53,457 nt of DNA from the NCBI GenBank assembly GCA_031406795.1, contig JANOHV010000208.1, forward strand, positions 1 through 53,457. The letters are read 5' to 3'. This DNA comes from Candidatus Rokuibacteriota bacterium (GTDB lineage: Bacteria > JAUVQV01 > DATDCY01). Positions 17,783 through 26,975 of the stretch are shown here, in pieces; position 1 is the first letter of the stretch, and every line of letters begins with the position of its first letter. Made by a program: the position numbers and the translations under genes. Under the pieces are notes generated by a model. It made no database searches and was not told the origin of the DNA. It saw nothing but the letters and a program-made list of their open reading frames with translations.

Positions 17783-19870
17783 CTACGGAGATTCCATCGC
17801 GGCGATGCGCTGCTCGGCAAACGGCACCCAGAAAGCGCGGTTGCGGTCGCGGCGCACGGCGTCAAGGAACTGGCGCCACGCGACGGCGGCTTTTCGCTTG
17901 TCGGTCGGTTCGAAGTTGGTCGCAAGCGCGTGCCAGGCCAGCGGCACGCTCGGGTCGACGAGGGTGGTCTTCCGGATCGTGTCCTCGGTCATGGACCCGT
18001 AGCCGCGCTGGTTGTAGATCTGGCCGAGCCAGGTGTAGACTTCGGGGTGCAGTTCCGCGGAGCTGAGCGCCTTGAGGTACTCGGTCAGGGCCTTCTCGGG
18101 GCGCCCCATCGATTCGAAGAGAATGCCGAGGTTGATGTGCGCGAGCGTGAAGTCGCGGCGCAGCTGCAGCGCGCGCAGATAGTTCACGAGCGCCAGTTGC
18201 CCGCCCCGCTGAAGCTGGTGGAGCAATGCCAGGTTGTACGCGAGCAGGGCGCCCGCCGCCGAGTCGTCCCGTGCTGCGGAGAGCGTCGCCAGCGCCTCCG
18301 CGGGCTGCCCGCGCAGCAGCTGGACCAGGCCGAAATTGTTTCGCGCCGGGGTGTGCCCCGGGTCGAGGTCGAGGACGCGCTGGAGCGTCTGGGCCGCCTC
18401 CGCAAGCCGGCCGGCCTGCAGTTGGAGCGTGCCGAGATTGTAGAGCGCGGCGCGCTGGGGGGCGCCGGCGTCCATCGCCAGCTTGATCCGCCCGGCGGCC
18501 TCCGGGTAGGCACCCCGCGCCCCGTTGACGATCGCCAGATTCATCAGCGCCTCGGTGTTCGCGGGCTCCACGGCGATGGCCCGCTCGAGTTCCTTGCGCG
18601 CGCCCTCGATGTTGCCCTCCTCCCAGAGCAGCACCGCGAGGTTGATCGAGGCCGGGACTGTGCGCGGATCGGCGATTCTCGCCTCCTCGAAGCGCACCCG
18701 CGCGGCGGCGGGGTCCGCGGCGAGGTAGGCGTTCACCCCGCGCGCGGTGAGCACGAGGGGGTCCTCGGGTTTGGCCTTCGCGGCCCGTTCGATCGCCGCC
18801 TCGCTCGCCTGCGGATCACCGAGGCGGCGGTGCAGCGCGGCGAGGGCGATGAAGCCCTCGGTGAAGTTCTCGTCGATGACCGTGGATTGCAGGAACTCGG
18901 TGAGCGCCTCCTCCTGCTGGCCCTGGAGGGAGTAGGCGACGCCGAGTCCCCAGTGGTAGCGCGCCGATTTCGGGCTGAGTTCGACTGCGTTTCTGAGGTG
19001 CCCGAGCGCCTTGTCGAGGAGGTTGCTGCGCGCGTACAGCGATCCGAGCTGGAAGTAGGCGTCCGCGTTGTTGGGGTCGATCTTCAGCGCCGTGAGCATG
19101 AACGCTTCGGTCTGTGCGAGGTTCTCCTGCGGGTTGCGCGTCCCGAATGTCGGTTCGAGCCGGGAGACCTGGAAATCCGGCGGACTCGGCAGCGGCGGGC
19201 GCAGCGCCCGCGGAAAGCGCAGCTCGAGAGCCTCGCCGGCGGCCTCCGCGACCAGCATCGCGATGGTGATGACCTGGTTCGTCTTGCCGGTGTACGAGAA
19301 GCGGAGGGGCTCGCTTCCCCCCGCGATGTCGCGATAGAGTTCCGCGCGGACCCGCAGCGAACCCGCCTGCTCTTCGGCGCTGCAGGCAAGGACGGCGCCG
19401 ACGCCCGCGTCGGCCAGCATTTTGGCGGCCTCCGGCGCGGGCGGAGCCTCGGGTTGACCCCAGGCGGCGGACACCCGCGCGGCGTCATCCCGCGCGAGCG
19501 GGTCCCAGCCGGTCTGAGCGGCGATGAGCAGGCCGACCAGCACGTGCGGTCCATCCGCCAGCCAGTCGTACTGCGGCGATGTCACGGTGATTCGCCACGG
19601 CAGAACGGCGATGCGCCCCGCGGCGGCGGCCGGCTCCACCGTGACAAGGAGCAGGCCGAGTGCGACAAGGATGCCGAGTGCCTGAGAGAGCGGATTGCGG
19701 AATGCGCTTTTCGGAAGAACAGGCTGGGCAAAGGGGTGGCGCGAAGGGGAGGTCTCCAGCGGGTGAGCGAAGCGAGGTCGATGGAGGTCCGCAGCGACCA
19801 CCCCGGCGGCGGGGTGGCAGGCAGGACCCCGAAGCCCGCACGGGAACGAACGGCTTCTTGAAGAAAGCAC
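17783..19870 (-). CDS. Multi-TPR exported protein (start uncertain)
   Basis: Many TPR units (DPNNADAYFQLG, EPANTEALMNLA, DPGHTPARNNFG); signal-like LGILVALGLLLVTVEPAAAA; 5' part overlaps a repeat element. Confidence 0.8.
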   Translation of the reverse strand: MLSSRSRSFPCGLRGPACHPAAGVVAADLHRPRFAHPLETSPSRHPFAQPVLPKSAFRNPLSQALGILVALGLLLVTVEPAAAAGRIAVLPWRITVTSPQYDWLADGPHVLVGLLIAAQTGWDPLARDDAARVSAAWGQPEAPPAPEAAKMLADAGVGAVLACSAEEQAGSLRVRAELYRDIAGGSEPLRFSYTGKTNQVITIAMLVAEAAGEALELRFPRALRPPLPSPPDFQVSRLEPTFGTRNPQENLAQTEAFMLTALKIDPNNADAYFQLGSLYARSNLLDKALGHLRNAVELSPKSARYHWGLGVAYSLQGQQEEALTEFLQSTVIDENFTEGFIALAALHRRLGDPQASEAAIERAAKAKPEDPLVLTARGVNAYLAADPAAARVRFEEARIADPRTVPASINLAVLLWEEGNIEGARKELERAIAVEPANTEALMNLAIVNGARGAYPEAAGRIKLAMDAGAPQRAALYNLGTLQLQAGRLAEAAQTLQRVLDLDPGHTPARNNFGLVQLLRGQPAEALATLSAARDDSAAGALLAYNLALLHQLQRGGQLALVNYLRALQLRRDFTLAHINLGILFESMGRPEKALTEYLKALSSAELHPEVYTWLGQIYNQRGYGSMTEDTIRKTTLVDPSVPLAWHALATNFEPTDKRKAAVAWRQFLDAVRRDRNRAFWVPFAEQRIAAMESP
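19703..19870. repeat. Palindromic repeat element (family shared with the copy inside dsrN)
   Basis: AAGGGGTGGCGCGAAGGGGAGGTCTCCA (19731-58), ATGGAGGTCCGCAGCGAC (19781-98) and CAGGACCCCG are identical to blocks at 42460-42537. Confidence 0.75.
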
Positions 19871-19873
19871 TTT

Positions 19874-20785
19874 TCAAGGTTCCGGAATCGCGAGCTTCTG
19901 TCCCTCGCGAATGCTGTTGGCGTCGGTGATCTGGTTCTTCTCCATCAGGGCCTGCACCCCGACCCCGTAGCGCGCGGCGATCATGGTCAAAGTCTCCCCG
20001 GCCCGGACGCTGTGCTGCCCGCCGCGAGCGGGTGCGGCCTTGCGGAGCGATTCCTGCCGTTTGACCAGGTCCTGGATCTGGCCCTGCGCTGCGGCCAAGC
20101 GCTGCGCGATCTGCTTCATCGGGTCGTGCAACTCTTCCAGCCCCTGCCGGGTTGCCGCCGACTCCTGGCGAACGGCGTCGAACTCGCCGCGGACCGCGGC
20201 GATCGAATGCATGAGTTGCTGGTTCTCCTGCCCGACTTCCTCGACCACGACTTTGAGTTGGCTCTGGAACTGCTCCTGCATCTTGGCGATCCGCTCCTCC
20301 TGCTTCTTCTCGAAGGCGCTCATCGCGACGAGATTGTCGTTGATCGCCTGGAAGCCCTTCTGCAGGTCCTTCTGCAGGCCGTCGATACGCGCGCCCAGAC
20401 GGGAGAGCTGCTCCGCCGCGGCCTGGGCGCTTTCGCGCTGGAGCTTGTCGCGGGCGTCCAACTCCTCCTGGGTACGCTCGCTCAGGCGCTGAACCTGGAG
20501 CCCGACCGCCTTGGTCTGCCGGGCGCTCTCCTCGAGCAGGCGCTCCAGGCGGTTCTCGTCCTCGCGCAGCTCGCGGATCTGCTCGTAGACGCCGGCCTGA
20601 CGCGCCTGGAGGCTCGACTCCATCTGCTGGACGTTGGTCTGAAGACTTTCGACATCCTGTCGGGCGGTCCGGTCGGCCGCCGCGCAGCCGTGCAGGATCG
20701 CGAGCGCCGCGCTGCACAAAACCGGCCCCACGCGGCGCGCGAGGCGCGCCGGTCGGCCGGGGGAGACTGCCCTCGAGAGGGGCAT
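19874..20785 (-). CDS. Coiled-coil lipoprotein with C-terminal LysM domain (in the cpoB position)
   Basis: Lipobox-like LHGC, long Q/E/R-rich heptad region, HSVRAGETLTMIAARYGV...IREGQKLAIP LysM. Confidence 0.82.
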   Translation of the reverse strand: MPLSRAVSPGRPARLARRVGPVLCSAALAILHGCAAADRTARQDVESLQTNVQQMESSLQARQAGVYEQIRELREDENRLERLLEESARQTKAVGLQVQRLSERTQEELDARDKLQRESAQAAAEQLSRLGARIDGLQKDLQKGFQAINDNLVAMSAFEKKQEERIAKMQEQFQSQLKVVVEEVGQENQQLMHSIAAVRGEFDAVRQESAATRQGLEELHDPMKQIAQRLAAAQGQIQDLVKRQESLRKAAPARGGQHSVRAGETLTMIAARYGVGVQALMEKNQITDANSIREGQKLAIPEP

Positions 20786-20802
20786 GAGGAAGCGCCCGGG
20801 CG

Positions 20803-21444
20803 CTACTGCGCGGAAACCTTGAACTCGGAGCGCCGGTTCTTCGACCAGGCGGCTTCGTCGCTTCCGGACACCGCCGGCTTCTCCTCGCCGTAGCTGATCG
20901 TGTGGACACGGTCGGAGGGAACGCCGAGAGCGACCAGGTAACGCCGCACCGCGAGAGCCCGCCGCTCGCCCAGAGCGAGGTTGTACTCGTCGGTGCCGCG
21001 CTCGTCGCAGTGGCCTTCGACGAGCAGTTGCGTCTGGCTCTTCTTGCCCATCCACTTCGCGATGTTTTCGAGCACCGGCTGGTATTCGGGCCGGATGTTC
21101 GACTTGTTGTACTCGAAGAAGATCGGCTTGAGCACAACCCGGTCCTCGGGGGTCGGTTCGAAGAACTCGATCGCCGGGCTCTCCTTGATCGGGATGTCCT
21201 CGCCGCGGCTGGCCAGCAACTGCGCGGTGCGCTGCTCGTCGGTCTGCCGGTCCGTCGGCTGCTTCGCGCCGGAGTCGCCGCCGGGCACGGTCGCGGGTGT
21301 GGGCCGCGTGACGCCGACCAGTTCGTTCACCCGCGGCTGCGGAGCAGTCCCCGGCTTGACGACCTTTTTCGGGCAACCGAGAAGCAGCGCGCTCACTGCC
21401 GGAACCACGAGAATCGCGAAAAACAACCCCGGTCCACGTTTCAT
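20803..21444 (-). CDS. pal: Peptidoglycan-associated lipoprotein
   Basis: Lipobox LLGC; IFFEYNKSNI, EGHCDERGTDEYNLALGERRA, SYGEEKP, KNRR. Confidence 0.93.
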   Translation of the reverse strand: MKRGPGLFFAILVVPAVSALLLGCPKKVVKPGTAPQPRVNELVGVTRPTPATVPGGDSGAKQPTDRQTDEQRTAQLLASRGEDIPIKESPAIEFFEPTPEDRVVLKPIFFEYNKSNIRPEYQPVLENIAKWMGKKSQTQLLVEGHCDERGTDEYNLALGERRALAVRRYLVALGVPSDRVHTISYGEEKPAVSGSDEAAWSKNRRSEFKVSAQ

Positions 21445-21554
21445 GCCAGCACCTCCCTGATCGACTGATCGGAAAAAGCCCCTGTGTCTGCGGCCATCAC
21501 GCTCGGCCACCAGCATAACCGGCCGCCGGAAAAAAGCAAGAGCGCCCGGGGCCG

Positions 21555-22892
21555 CTACGGGGACCAGGCCGGGGAGGTGAAGTTGCCCTTCTCGCGGGAA
21601 ACCCGGAAGCGCTCGCCGGCCAGCGTGTCGACGATGACCAGGCGGTAGGCGCTGCCGCGCCCCTCGCTGTAAACGATGTGCCTCCCATTCGGCGCGAACG
21701 CGGGGTTCTCCTTGTGCTCCGCGTCGAACGTCAGCTGCTCCTGGTTGCCCGTGGCGGGGTCGAGGAGGACAAGTTGGAAGGTGCCTTCGATGAGCGCGGT
21801 GAAAACGATGCGGTCCCCGCGCGGGGACCAATCCGGTGAGGTCGCGTAATTGCCCATGAACGACACCCGCCGCATCCGCCCGCCGTTCGCGCCGAGCAGG
21901 TGGACCTGGGGGCCGCCTCCCTGGTCGGAGACCAGGGCGATCTGAGCCCCGTCGGGGGACCAGACGGGTGAGGTCTCCACGGCCGGCGTGAACGTCAGCC
22001 GTTTGAGCTCCGAGCCGTCGACGGCCATGCGGTAGACTTCGGGGTTGCCGTCGCGGCTCAGCACGAGGAGCAGTTGCCGGCCGTCCGGGGAAATCGCCGG
22101 CGAGGCGTTCAAGCCCGGGAAGAACGCCAGGCTGCGGACTTGTCCGGTCGTCACGTTCTGGGCCACGATCTCCGGGCGCCCCTGTCGATAGGTGACATAG
22201 GCCACCCGCGTGCCGTCGGGAAACCAGGCGGGGTGCAGGGCGAGCACGCCGTCGGCCGACAGCGGCCGCTGGTTGCGTCCGTCGTAGTCCATGATCACGA
22301 CGCGCTTCGGGCTGGTGCCGTGCGACCAGGTCGCCGCGATGCGTGTCAGGGCGAGGCCCGGCCCGCCGGTGAGCGCCCGCACCACCGCGTCCGAGAGCCG
22401 GTGCGCCAGGCGCGGCGCTTCGGACAGAACGTCGGATTCCTCTCGTGCGAGCAGCTGGACCCGCGCACCGACGTCGAACAATGTGGCGCGCAGGTTCAGC
22501 CGGCCGCCCTGGCGCACGGCATCGACGCGCAGCAGGAGCTCCGCGCCGAACGCTCCCCACGCTGCGGGGTCGATCGGGGCGGCCCCCCGGTCCTTCTCGG
22601 CCTGAGCCAGCTGCGGCCCGCCGAGCGGCAGGAGGCGAAAATGGCCGGCGACGAGCAGGTCGTTTTCAAGGGTTTGGCGCAGGCTCAGCTCGTCGGGACC
22701 CTCCTGCGCCGCCAGCGGCGGCAGCGCGATGACGATCTTTCTGTCCGCGGCTTTCGAGACGTCGAGCCAGACCTCGGCCCCCCGCGCCGGCGCCGCCATG
22801 AGCGACACGAGCGCGCACAAGGCAGCCGCTGCGCAGATCCGACGGGAAAGCAGCCCGCGCGCGGACAGGCGGTTCCGCAGGTATTTTTTCAG
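21555..22892 (-). CDS. tolB: Tol-Pal beta-propeller protein TolB (start uncertain)
   Basis: AHRLSDAVV, TRIA, MDYDG, repeated PAWFPDG/PAISPDG/PVWSPDG PD40 motifs; operon context. Confidence 0.9.
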   Translation of the reverse strand: MKKYLRNRLSARGLLSRRICAAAALCALVSLMAAPARGAEVWLDVSKAADRKIVIALPPLAAQEGPDELSLRQTLENDLLVAGHFRLLPLGGPQLAQAEKDRGAAPIDPAAWGAFGAELLLRVDAVRQGGRLNLRATLFDVGARVQLLAREESDVLSEAPRLAHRLSDAVVRALTGGPGLALTRIAATWSHGTSPKRVVIMDYDGRNQRPLSADGVLALHPAWFPDGTRVAYVTYRQGRPEIVAQNVTTGQVRSLAFFPGLNASPAISPDGRQLLLVLSRDGNPEVYRMAVDGSELKRLTFTPAVETSPVWSPDGAQIALVSDQGGGPQVHLLGANGGRMRRVSFMGNYATSPDWSPRGDRIVFTALIEGTFQLVLLDPATGNQEQLTFDAEHKENPAFAPNGRHIVYSEGRGSAYRLVIVDTLAGERFRVSREKGNFTSPAWSP

Positions 22893-22899
22893 CGATCGG

Positions 22900-23724
22900 C
22901 TACTTGAGGTTCTGGAAGCGGATGACGACATCGAGACTCTCCTCAGCGTATTGTTCGGGAAGTGGTGCCACCTGGCCCAGGCCCTGGAGAGCCGCCAGCG
23001 CAGACTTGTCGAAGCGGGCGGAGCCCGAACTCTCTTTCAGCGCGATGTCGCTGATTCTCCCGGCACGATCGATGTGGAAGGACACCAGGGCGGCCGGGGG
23101 GCGGCCGCTGTGGAAGAACTCGCTGGGAGGGGACCAGCGGGCGAAGATCTTCTCCTTGAGCACCGCGAGGTACCAGGTGTGCGGGAAGTACCCGACCGGC
23201 GAGATCGTCGCCGGTGTCGCCGCCGGGGCTCCCGGCGCGGGACGGTCGGGGCTCGGCGCGACGGCGACAGGTTCCGGCACCGGCAGATTCGCCACCGGGG
23301 GGGGGGCGATCTCCGTGCGGCGGCTCTCTGCGGGGGCGGCCGAGGCCAACCTGCGCGCCAGACGCTCGCTCAGGGCGGGGCGCGTCTCGGCCGGCGGCGT
23401 CGCGGACCGGGGCGGCGGTGCCGCCGGTTCCCGCACCGGAATCACGACGCGAGGCACCGCCACAGGTGCGGCTGCTGCGGCTGGTGCGGCGGGAGATTCC
23501 TCGGCCCGGATTTCGGTGGCTGGCGGTGCGGCGCGCGGAATTCCGGGGTTGACCGGAGCGGCGGCTCTCGGCCGGGGGACCGCTGCGGGCTCGAGATAGG
23601 TCACCAGTCGCACCGGACGGGCAATCTGCGGGATCGTCAGGGGTTGCCGGGTTGCCGAGAGCAGCAGGAACGAGATGATGAACGCCGCGTGCGCCGCGAG
23701 CGACCACGAGAGGGCGCGTCCCAC
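22900..23724 (-). CDS. tolA: TolA/TonB-family protein
   Basis: N-terminal TM with SLAAH, Pro/Ala-rich linker, TonB_C-like end (FHIDRAGRI...SSGSARFDKSALAA). Confidence 0.8.
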   Translation of the reverse strand: MGRALSWSLAAHAAFIISFLLLSATRQPLTIPQIARPVRLVTYLEPAAVPRPRAAAPVNPGIPRAAPPATEIRAEESPAAPAAAAAPVAVPRVVIPVREPAAPPPRSATPPAETRPALSERLARRLASAAPAESRRTEIAPPPVANLPVPEPVAVAPSPDRPAPGAPAATPATISPVGYFPHTWYLAVLKEKIFARWSPPSEFFHSGRPPAALVSFHIDRAGRISDIALKESSGSARFDKSALAALQGLGQVAPLPEQYAEESLDVVIRFQNLK

Positions 23725-23727
23725 CGC

Positions 23728-24147
23728 TCACCCTCCCGGGCTGCGGGTGGCGAGCCCGATGTTGGTCAGCCCGCTCCCCCGGACCAGGTCGAGGACGCGG
23801 ATCAGTTCGCCGTAGGGAATGCCGGCGTCGCCGCGCAGGACCACCGGCGTCTCGGGGTTCGCCCGCGCGGCCTCGGTCAGCCGCGCCCGCAGCTGCGCCT
23901 CGGTGACCTGCTGATTGTTGAAGAACAGCGACCCCGCCTTCGCGAGGCTCACCAGAACCGGTTTGGTCGCGACCATCTTGTAGGGCTTGGCGACCGGCAG
24001 CTGCACGTCGATACCGTGCTCGAGGGTCGGGGAGACGAGCATGAAGATGATCAGCGTGACCAGCAGCACGTCGACGAGCGCGGTGACGTTCATGGTCGTG
24101 TTCGGCTCGAAGCCGAAGGCGCGACGTTTGCTCTGATAGAAGGCCAT
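23728..24147 (-). CDS. tolR: TolR/ExbD family protein
   Basis: MNVTALVDVLLVTLIIFM, VLRGDAGIPYG. Confidence 0.88.
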   Translation of the reverse strand: MAFYQSKRRAFGFEPNTTMNVTALVDVLLVTLIIFMLVSPTLEHGIDVQLPVAKPYKMVATKPVLVSLAKAGSLFFNNQQVTEAQLRARLTEAARANPETPVVLRGDAGIPYGELIRVLDLVRGSGLTNIGLATRSPGG

Positions 24148-24163
24148 GTCCGGCGCCGCGCCG

Positions 24164-24880
24164 CTACGGGCGGTCCTCGCGGACGTAATCGCGTTCCACC
24201 AGGGCGAGAAAATCGGCGAGAAACGTGTCGGCCTCGCCGGCGAGCTCGCGAATGCGCGCGCCGATGATGTTATAGCCGAGCAGAGCAGGGATGGCCACGA
24301 CGAGGCCGAAGGCCGTCGCGATCAGCGCCTCGGAGATGCCGGACCCGACGGCGGTGACGCCGGTGGCCCCCTGGCTGCCCATGGCCTGGAACGCCTCGAG
24401 AATTCCCCAGACCGTGCCGAGCAGGCCGAGGAAGGGGGCGGCGCTGATGGTCGTCGCGAGGATGATCAGCAGGTGTTCGAGATCGAGGAAGTACTTGTCT
24501 TCGACGGCCGTGACCGTGCGGGCCAGCGTCGCGAACTGGTGCGGCCCGATGCGGGTGCGCGCCGGCGCCCCCGACAGGCCCGGCTCGCGTCCGAGGAAGG
24601 CCTGCAGTTCCTCGCACCCGCGGGAGAACACGGCGACCAGGGGCGACTCGAGCCGCGCCTTTGCGCCGCCGATCTGCCGATAGAGCCCCGGGATGTCCCG
24701 GCGGCTCTTCCGGTAGAGATCGAGGAAGCTGCGGGTGGCCGAGGCGTTGCGGTGCAGCAGCAGGCCCTTGCGGATCATGATCGCCCAGGCGACGACCGAG
24801 AGGAGAAACAGCAGCAGATAGATCGCCTTGGCCACGATGCTGGCGGAGGCGAAATGGTGCAACCAGAAATGCATGTCCAT
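24164..24880 (-). CDS. tolQ: TolQ/ExbB proton channel
   Basis: APFLGLLGTVWGI, GISEALIATAFGLVVAIPA. Confidence 0.9.
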   Translation of the reverse strand: MDMHFWLHHFASASIVAKAIYLLLFLLSVVAWAIMIRKGLLLHRNASATRSFLDLYRKSRRDIPGLYRQIGGAKARLESPLVAVFSRGCEELQAFLGREPGLSGAPARTRIGPHQFATLARTVTAVEDKYFLDLEHLLIILATTISAAPFLGLLGTVWGILEAFQAMGSQGATGVTAVGSGISEALIATAFGLVVAIPALLGYNIIGARIRELAGEADTFLADFLALVERDYVREDRP

Positions 24881-25052
24881 CGGCGTTCGCGTCCTCCCGT
24901 TGTTCGCGGTAGTATAGCCGAATGGACGCCCGAACCGTCAACGCCTGCGCCCACAGCGCTTGTGCCTTGCCTCAATCTTCACGCTGCTCTGGAATGCTTC
25001 TCGCAAGATCCCCCATGAGCTTGCACGCGGATTTTGGTGTGGGGGACCCCTG

Positions 25053-25724
25053 ATGGTGCAGACGAGCCGCGGCGCGGCGGCCGGACGCGTGACGCGAATC
25101 CTCGCGCTGCTCGAGCGTCACTACCCCGACGCCCGCTGCACCCTGACGTATTCCACGCCGCTGGAGCTGCTGGTGGCCACCATCCTCTCGGCGCAGTGCA
25201 CGGACGAGCGCGTGAACAAGGTCACGCCGGCCCTGTTCGCCAGGTATGGGAGCGCCGCTGCTTACGCCGCCGCCGATCCCGCGGTATTCGCGCAGGAGAT
25301 CCGTTCAACCGGCTTCTTCAGGAGCAAGGCGGCGAACATCATCGCCGCGGCAGGCAGGATGGTCGCCCGGCACGGAGGCGAGGTGCCCGGCACCCTCGAG
25401 GAGCTCACGGCGCTCCCCGGCGTCGGCAGGAAGACCGCGAACGTCGTCCTCGGGAATGCCTTCGGCATCCCCGGGATCGTGGTGGACACCCACGTCGGAC
25501 GGGTTGCCGGGCGGCTCGGGCTCACCGAAGCGTTCGACCCGGTGAAAATCGAGTTCGACCTCATGGCGCTCATTCCCCGCGCGCGCTGGGTAAAGTTCTC
25601 CCACCAGCTCATCGCGCACGGTCGGGCGCTCTGCCGGGCTCCGCGGCCGCTCTGCGCGGCGTGCTTCCTCGACGCCCCGCTGTGCCCCGGTCGGATCGCG
25701 CCGCGGCTTGCCCCCGCTCCCTGA
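25053..25724 (+). CDS. nth: Endonuclease III
   Basis: LLVATILSAQCTDERVN, LPGVGRKTANVV, VDTHVGR, C-terminal 4Fe-4S cysteines. Confidence 0.95.
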   Translation: MVQTSRGAAAGRVTRILALLERHYPDARCTLTYSTPLELLVATILSAQCTDERVNKVTPALFARYGSAAAYAAADPAVFAQEIRSTGFFRSKAANIIAAAGRMVARHGGEVPGTLEELTALPGVGRKTANVVLGNAFGIPGIVVDTHVGRVAGRLGLTEAFDPVKIEFDLMALIPRARWVKFSHQLIAHGRALCRAPRPLCAACFLDAPLCPGRIAPRLAPAP

Positions 25725-25822
25725 AAAGATGTATTCTCTTTCCGCTGCGGTCGCCCCCGGGATCCCACCCGGAGCGCCAGGAAGCCGCAGCCGACCGATT
25801 GCGATGCGGAAGGAGGTTCTCG

Positions 25823-26791
25823 CTGGAAATTATTGGCCAGAGTTCGGGGATCCGCCGCGTGAAGGAGCTGGTTTCCAAGGTGGCGCCGTCCGGCCACACC
25901 GTGCTCGTTCAGGGCGAGAGCGGCGTGGGCAAGGAACTGGTGGCGCGCTCGATCCACCAGTCCAGCCCCCGCCGTGACCGTCCGTACGTCGTGGTCGATT
26001 GCGGGATGCTCAACGAGAATCTGCTGCAGAACGAGCTGTTCGGCCATCAGAAGGGCGCCTTCACCGGCGCGACCGCGCTCAAGCATGGTCTCTTCGAGGT
26101 CGCCGACACCGGGACGCTCTTTCTCGACGAGATCGGCGAGGTCAGCCCGGTGCTGCAGGCGAAATTGCTGCGCGTGCTCGAAACCGGCAGTTTTCGGCGC
26201 CTCGGCAGCACGGTGGACCTGAAAGTGGACGTGCGGCTGGTGGCCGCGACCAACCGCGACCTGCTGCAGATGAGCCGCGAGGGCACCTTCCGGGAGGATC
26301 TCTTCTACCGTCTCAATGTCTTCCCCGTGCTCGTTCCGCCGCTGCGCGAGAGGCGCGACGACATCCCGCTGCTGGCGCGGCACTTCCTGCGACGGGCGAA
26401 CCACCCGGGGGGCGAGAAGAAGCTTGCACCCGAGGCGCTGGAGCTGCTCAAGTCGTACGCGTGGCCGGGGAACATCCGCGAACTGCAGAACATGATCGAA
26501 AGCGCGGTGATCATTGCGGAGACCGCGGAGATTCAGGCGCGGGATCTCCCCGTGGTCGTGCGGGGACAGGACCCGCAGGCCGGGTTCGACCTGTCCGAAA
26601 ACATGTCTCTCGAGGAGTTGGAGCGGCGCTACATCGGTCTGCTGCTCGAGCGCCTCGGCGGTCATCGCGCCAAGGTGGCCAAGGTGCTCCAGATCAGTGA
26701 ACGCAACCTGTACCGGAAGCTCCGCGCCTATGAACTCGCCGACGCCAGCGTCGGCAGCCGGCGGCGCGCCCCGGTGGCCGGCACCCACTGA
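25823..26791 (+). CDS. Sigma54-dependent enhancer-binding protein (AAA+ plus Fis HTH, no N-terminal sensor)
   Basis: GESGVGKE, ELFGHQKGAFTGA, LFLDEIGE, FREDLFYRL, WPGNIREL, C-terminal HTH. AAGGAGG lies 6 nt before an in-frame CTG at 25823; the longer ORF overlaps nth. Confidence 0.9.
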   Translation: MEIIGQSSGIRRVKELVSKVAPSGHTVLVQGESGVGKELVARSIHQSSPRRDRPYVVVDCGMLNENLLQNELFGHQKGAFTGATALKHGLFEVADTGTLFLDEIGEVSPVLQAKLLRVLETGSFRRLGSTVDLKVDVRLVAATNRDLLQMSREGTFREDLFYRLNVFPVLVPPLRERRDDIPLLARHFLRRANHPGGEKKLAPEALELLKSYAWPGNIRELQNMIESAVIIAETAEIQARDLPVVVRGQDPQAGFDLSENMSLEELERRYIGLLLERLGGHRAKVAKVLQISERNLYRKLRAYELADASVGSRRRAPVAGTH

Positions 26792-26825
26792 CACCCCGTC
26801 AGAGCGCCGACTGACATCATGTCAG
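26788..26825. promoter_or_regulatory. Paired palindromic sites (putative enhancer/UAS) for sigma54 promoter 1
   Basis: CTGACAcccCGTCAG (26788-802) and perfect CTGACAtcaTGTCAG (26811-25). Confidence 0.65.
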
Positions 26826-26931
26826 GGCGCCGGGGCCCCGGCGCGCCGGGACCCTCCTGCGTCTCCCGTCCCCCGCCGGAATCCCCGCTGAAGTCCGCAT
26901 TATTGGCGACGTCGCACCGCGCTGTTGCTGT

Positions 26932-26947
26932 TGGTACAAGTTTTGCT
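26932..26947 (+). promoter_or_regulatory. Sigma54 -24/-12 promoter 1
   Basis: TGGTACAAGTTTTGCT: GG-N10-GC, close to TGGCAC-N5-TTGC(A/T). Confidence 0.75.
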
Positions 26948-26975
26948 TTCTTCTTGCGCGCAAGGAGGAAGGTAC

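Noticed and set aside
17666-19861. 731-aa plus-strand ORF
   Set aside because: Antisense to the TPR gene, which carries the recognisable motifs.
24911-24941. Sigma70 promoter for tolQ (TTGACG...TATACT on the minus strand)
   Set aside because: The spacer is 19 nt; plausible but too weak to call.
25034-25822. Long N-terminal extension of the sigma54 activator as a sensor domain
   Set aside because: It overlaps nth in another frame, is Arg/Pro/Gly-rich with no domain signal, and a strong RBS lies at 25810-25816.
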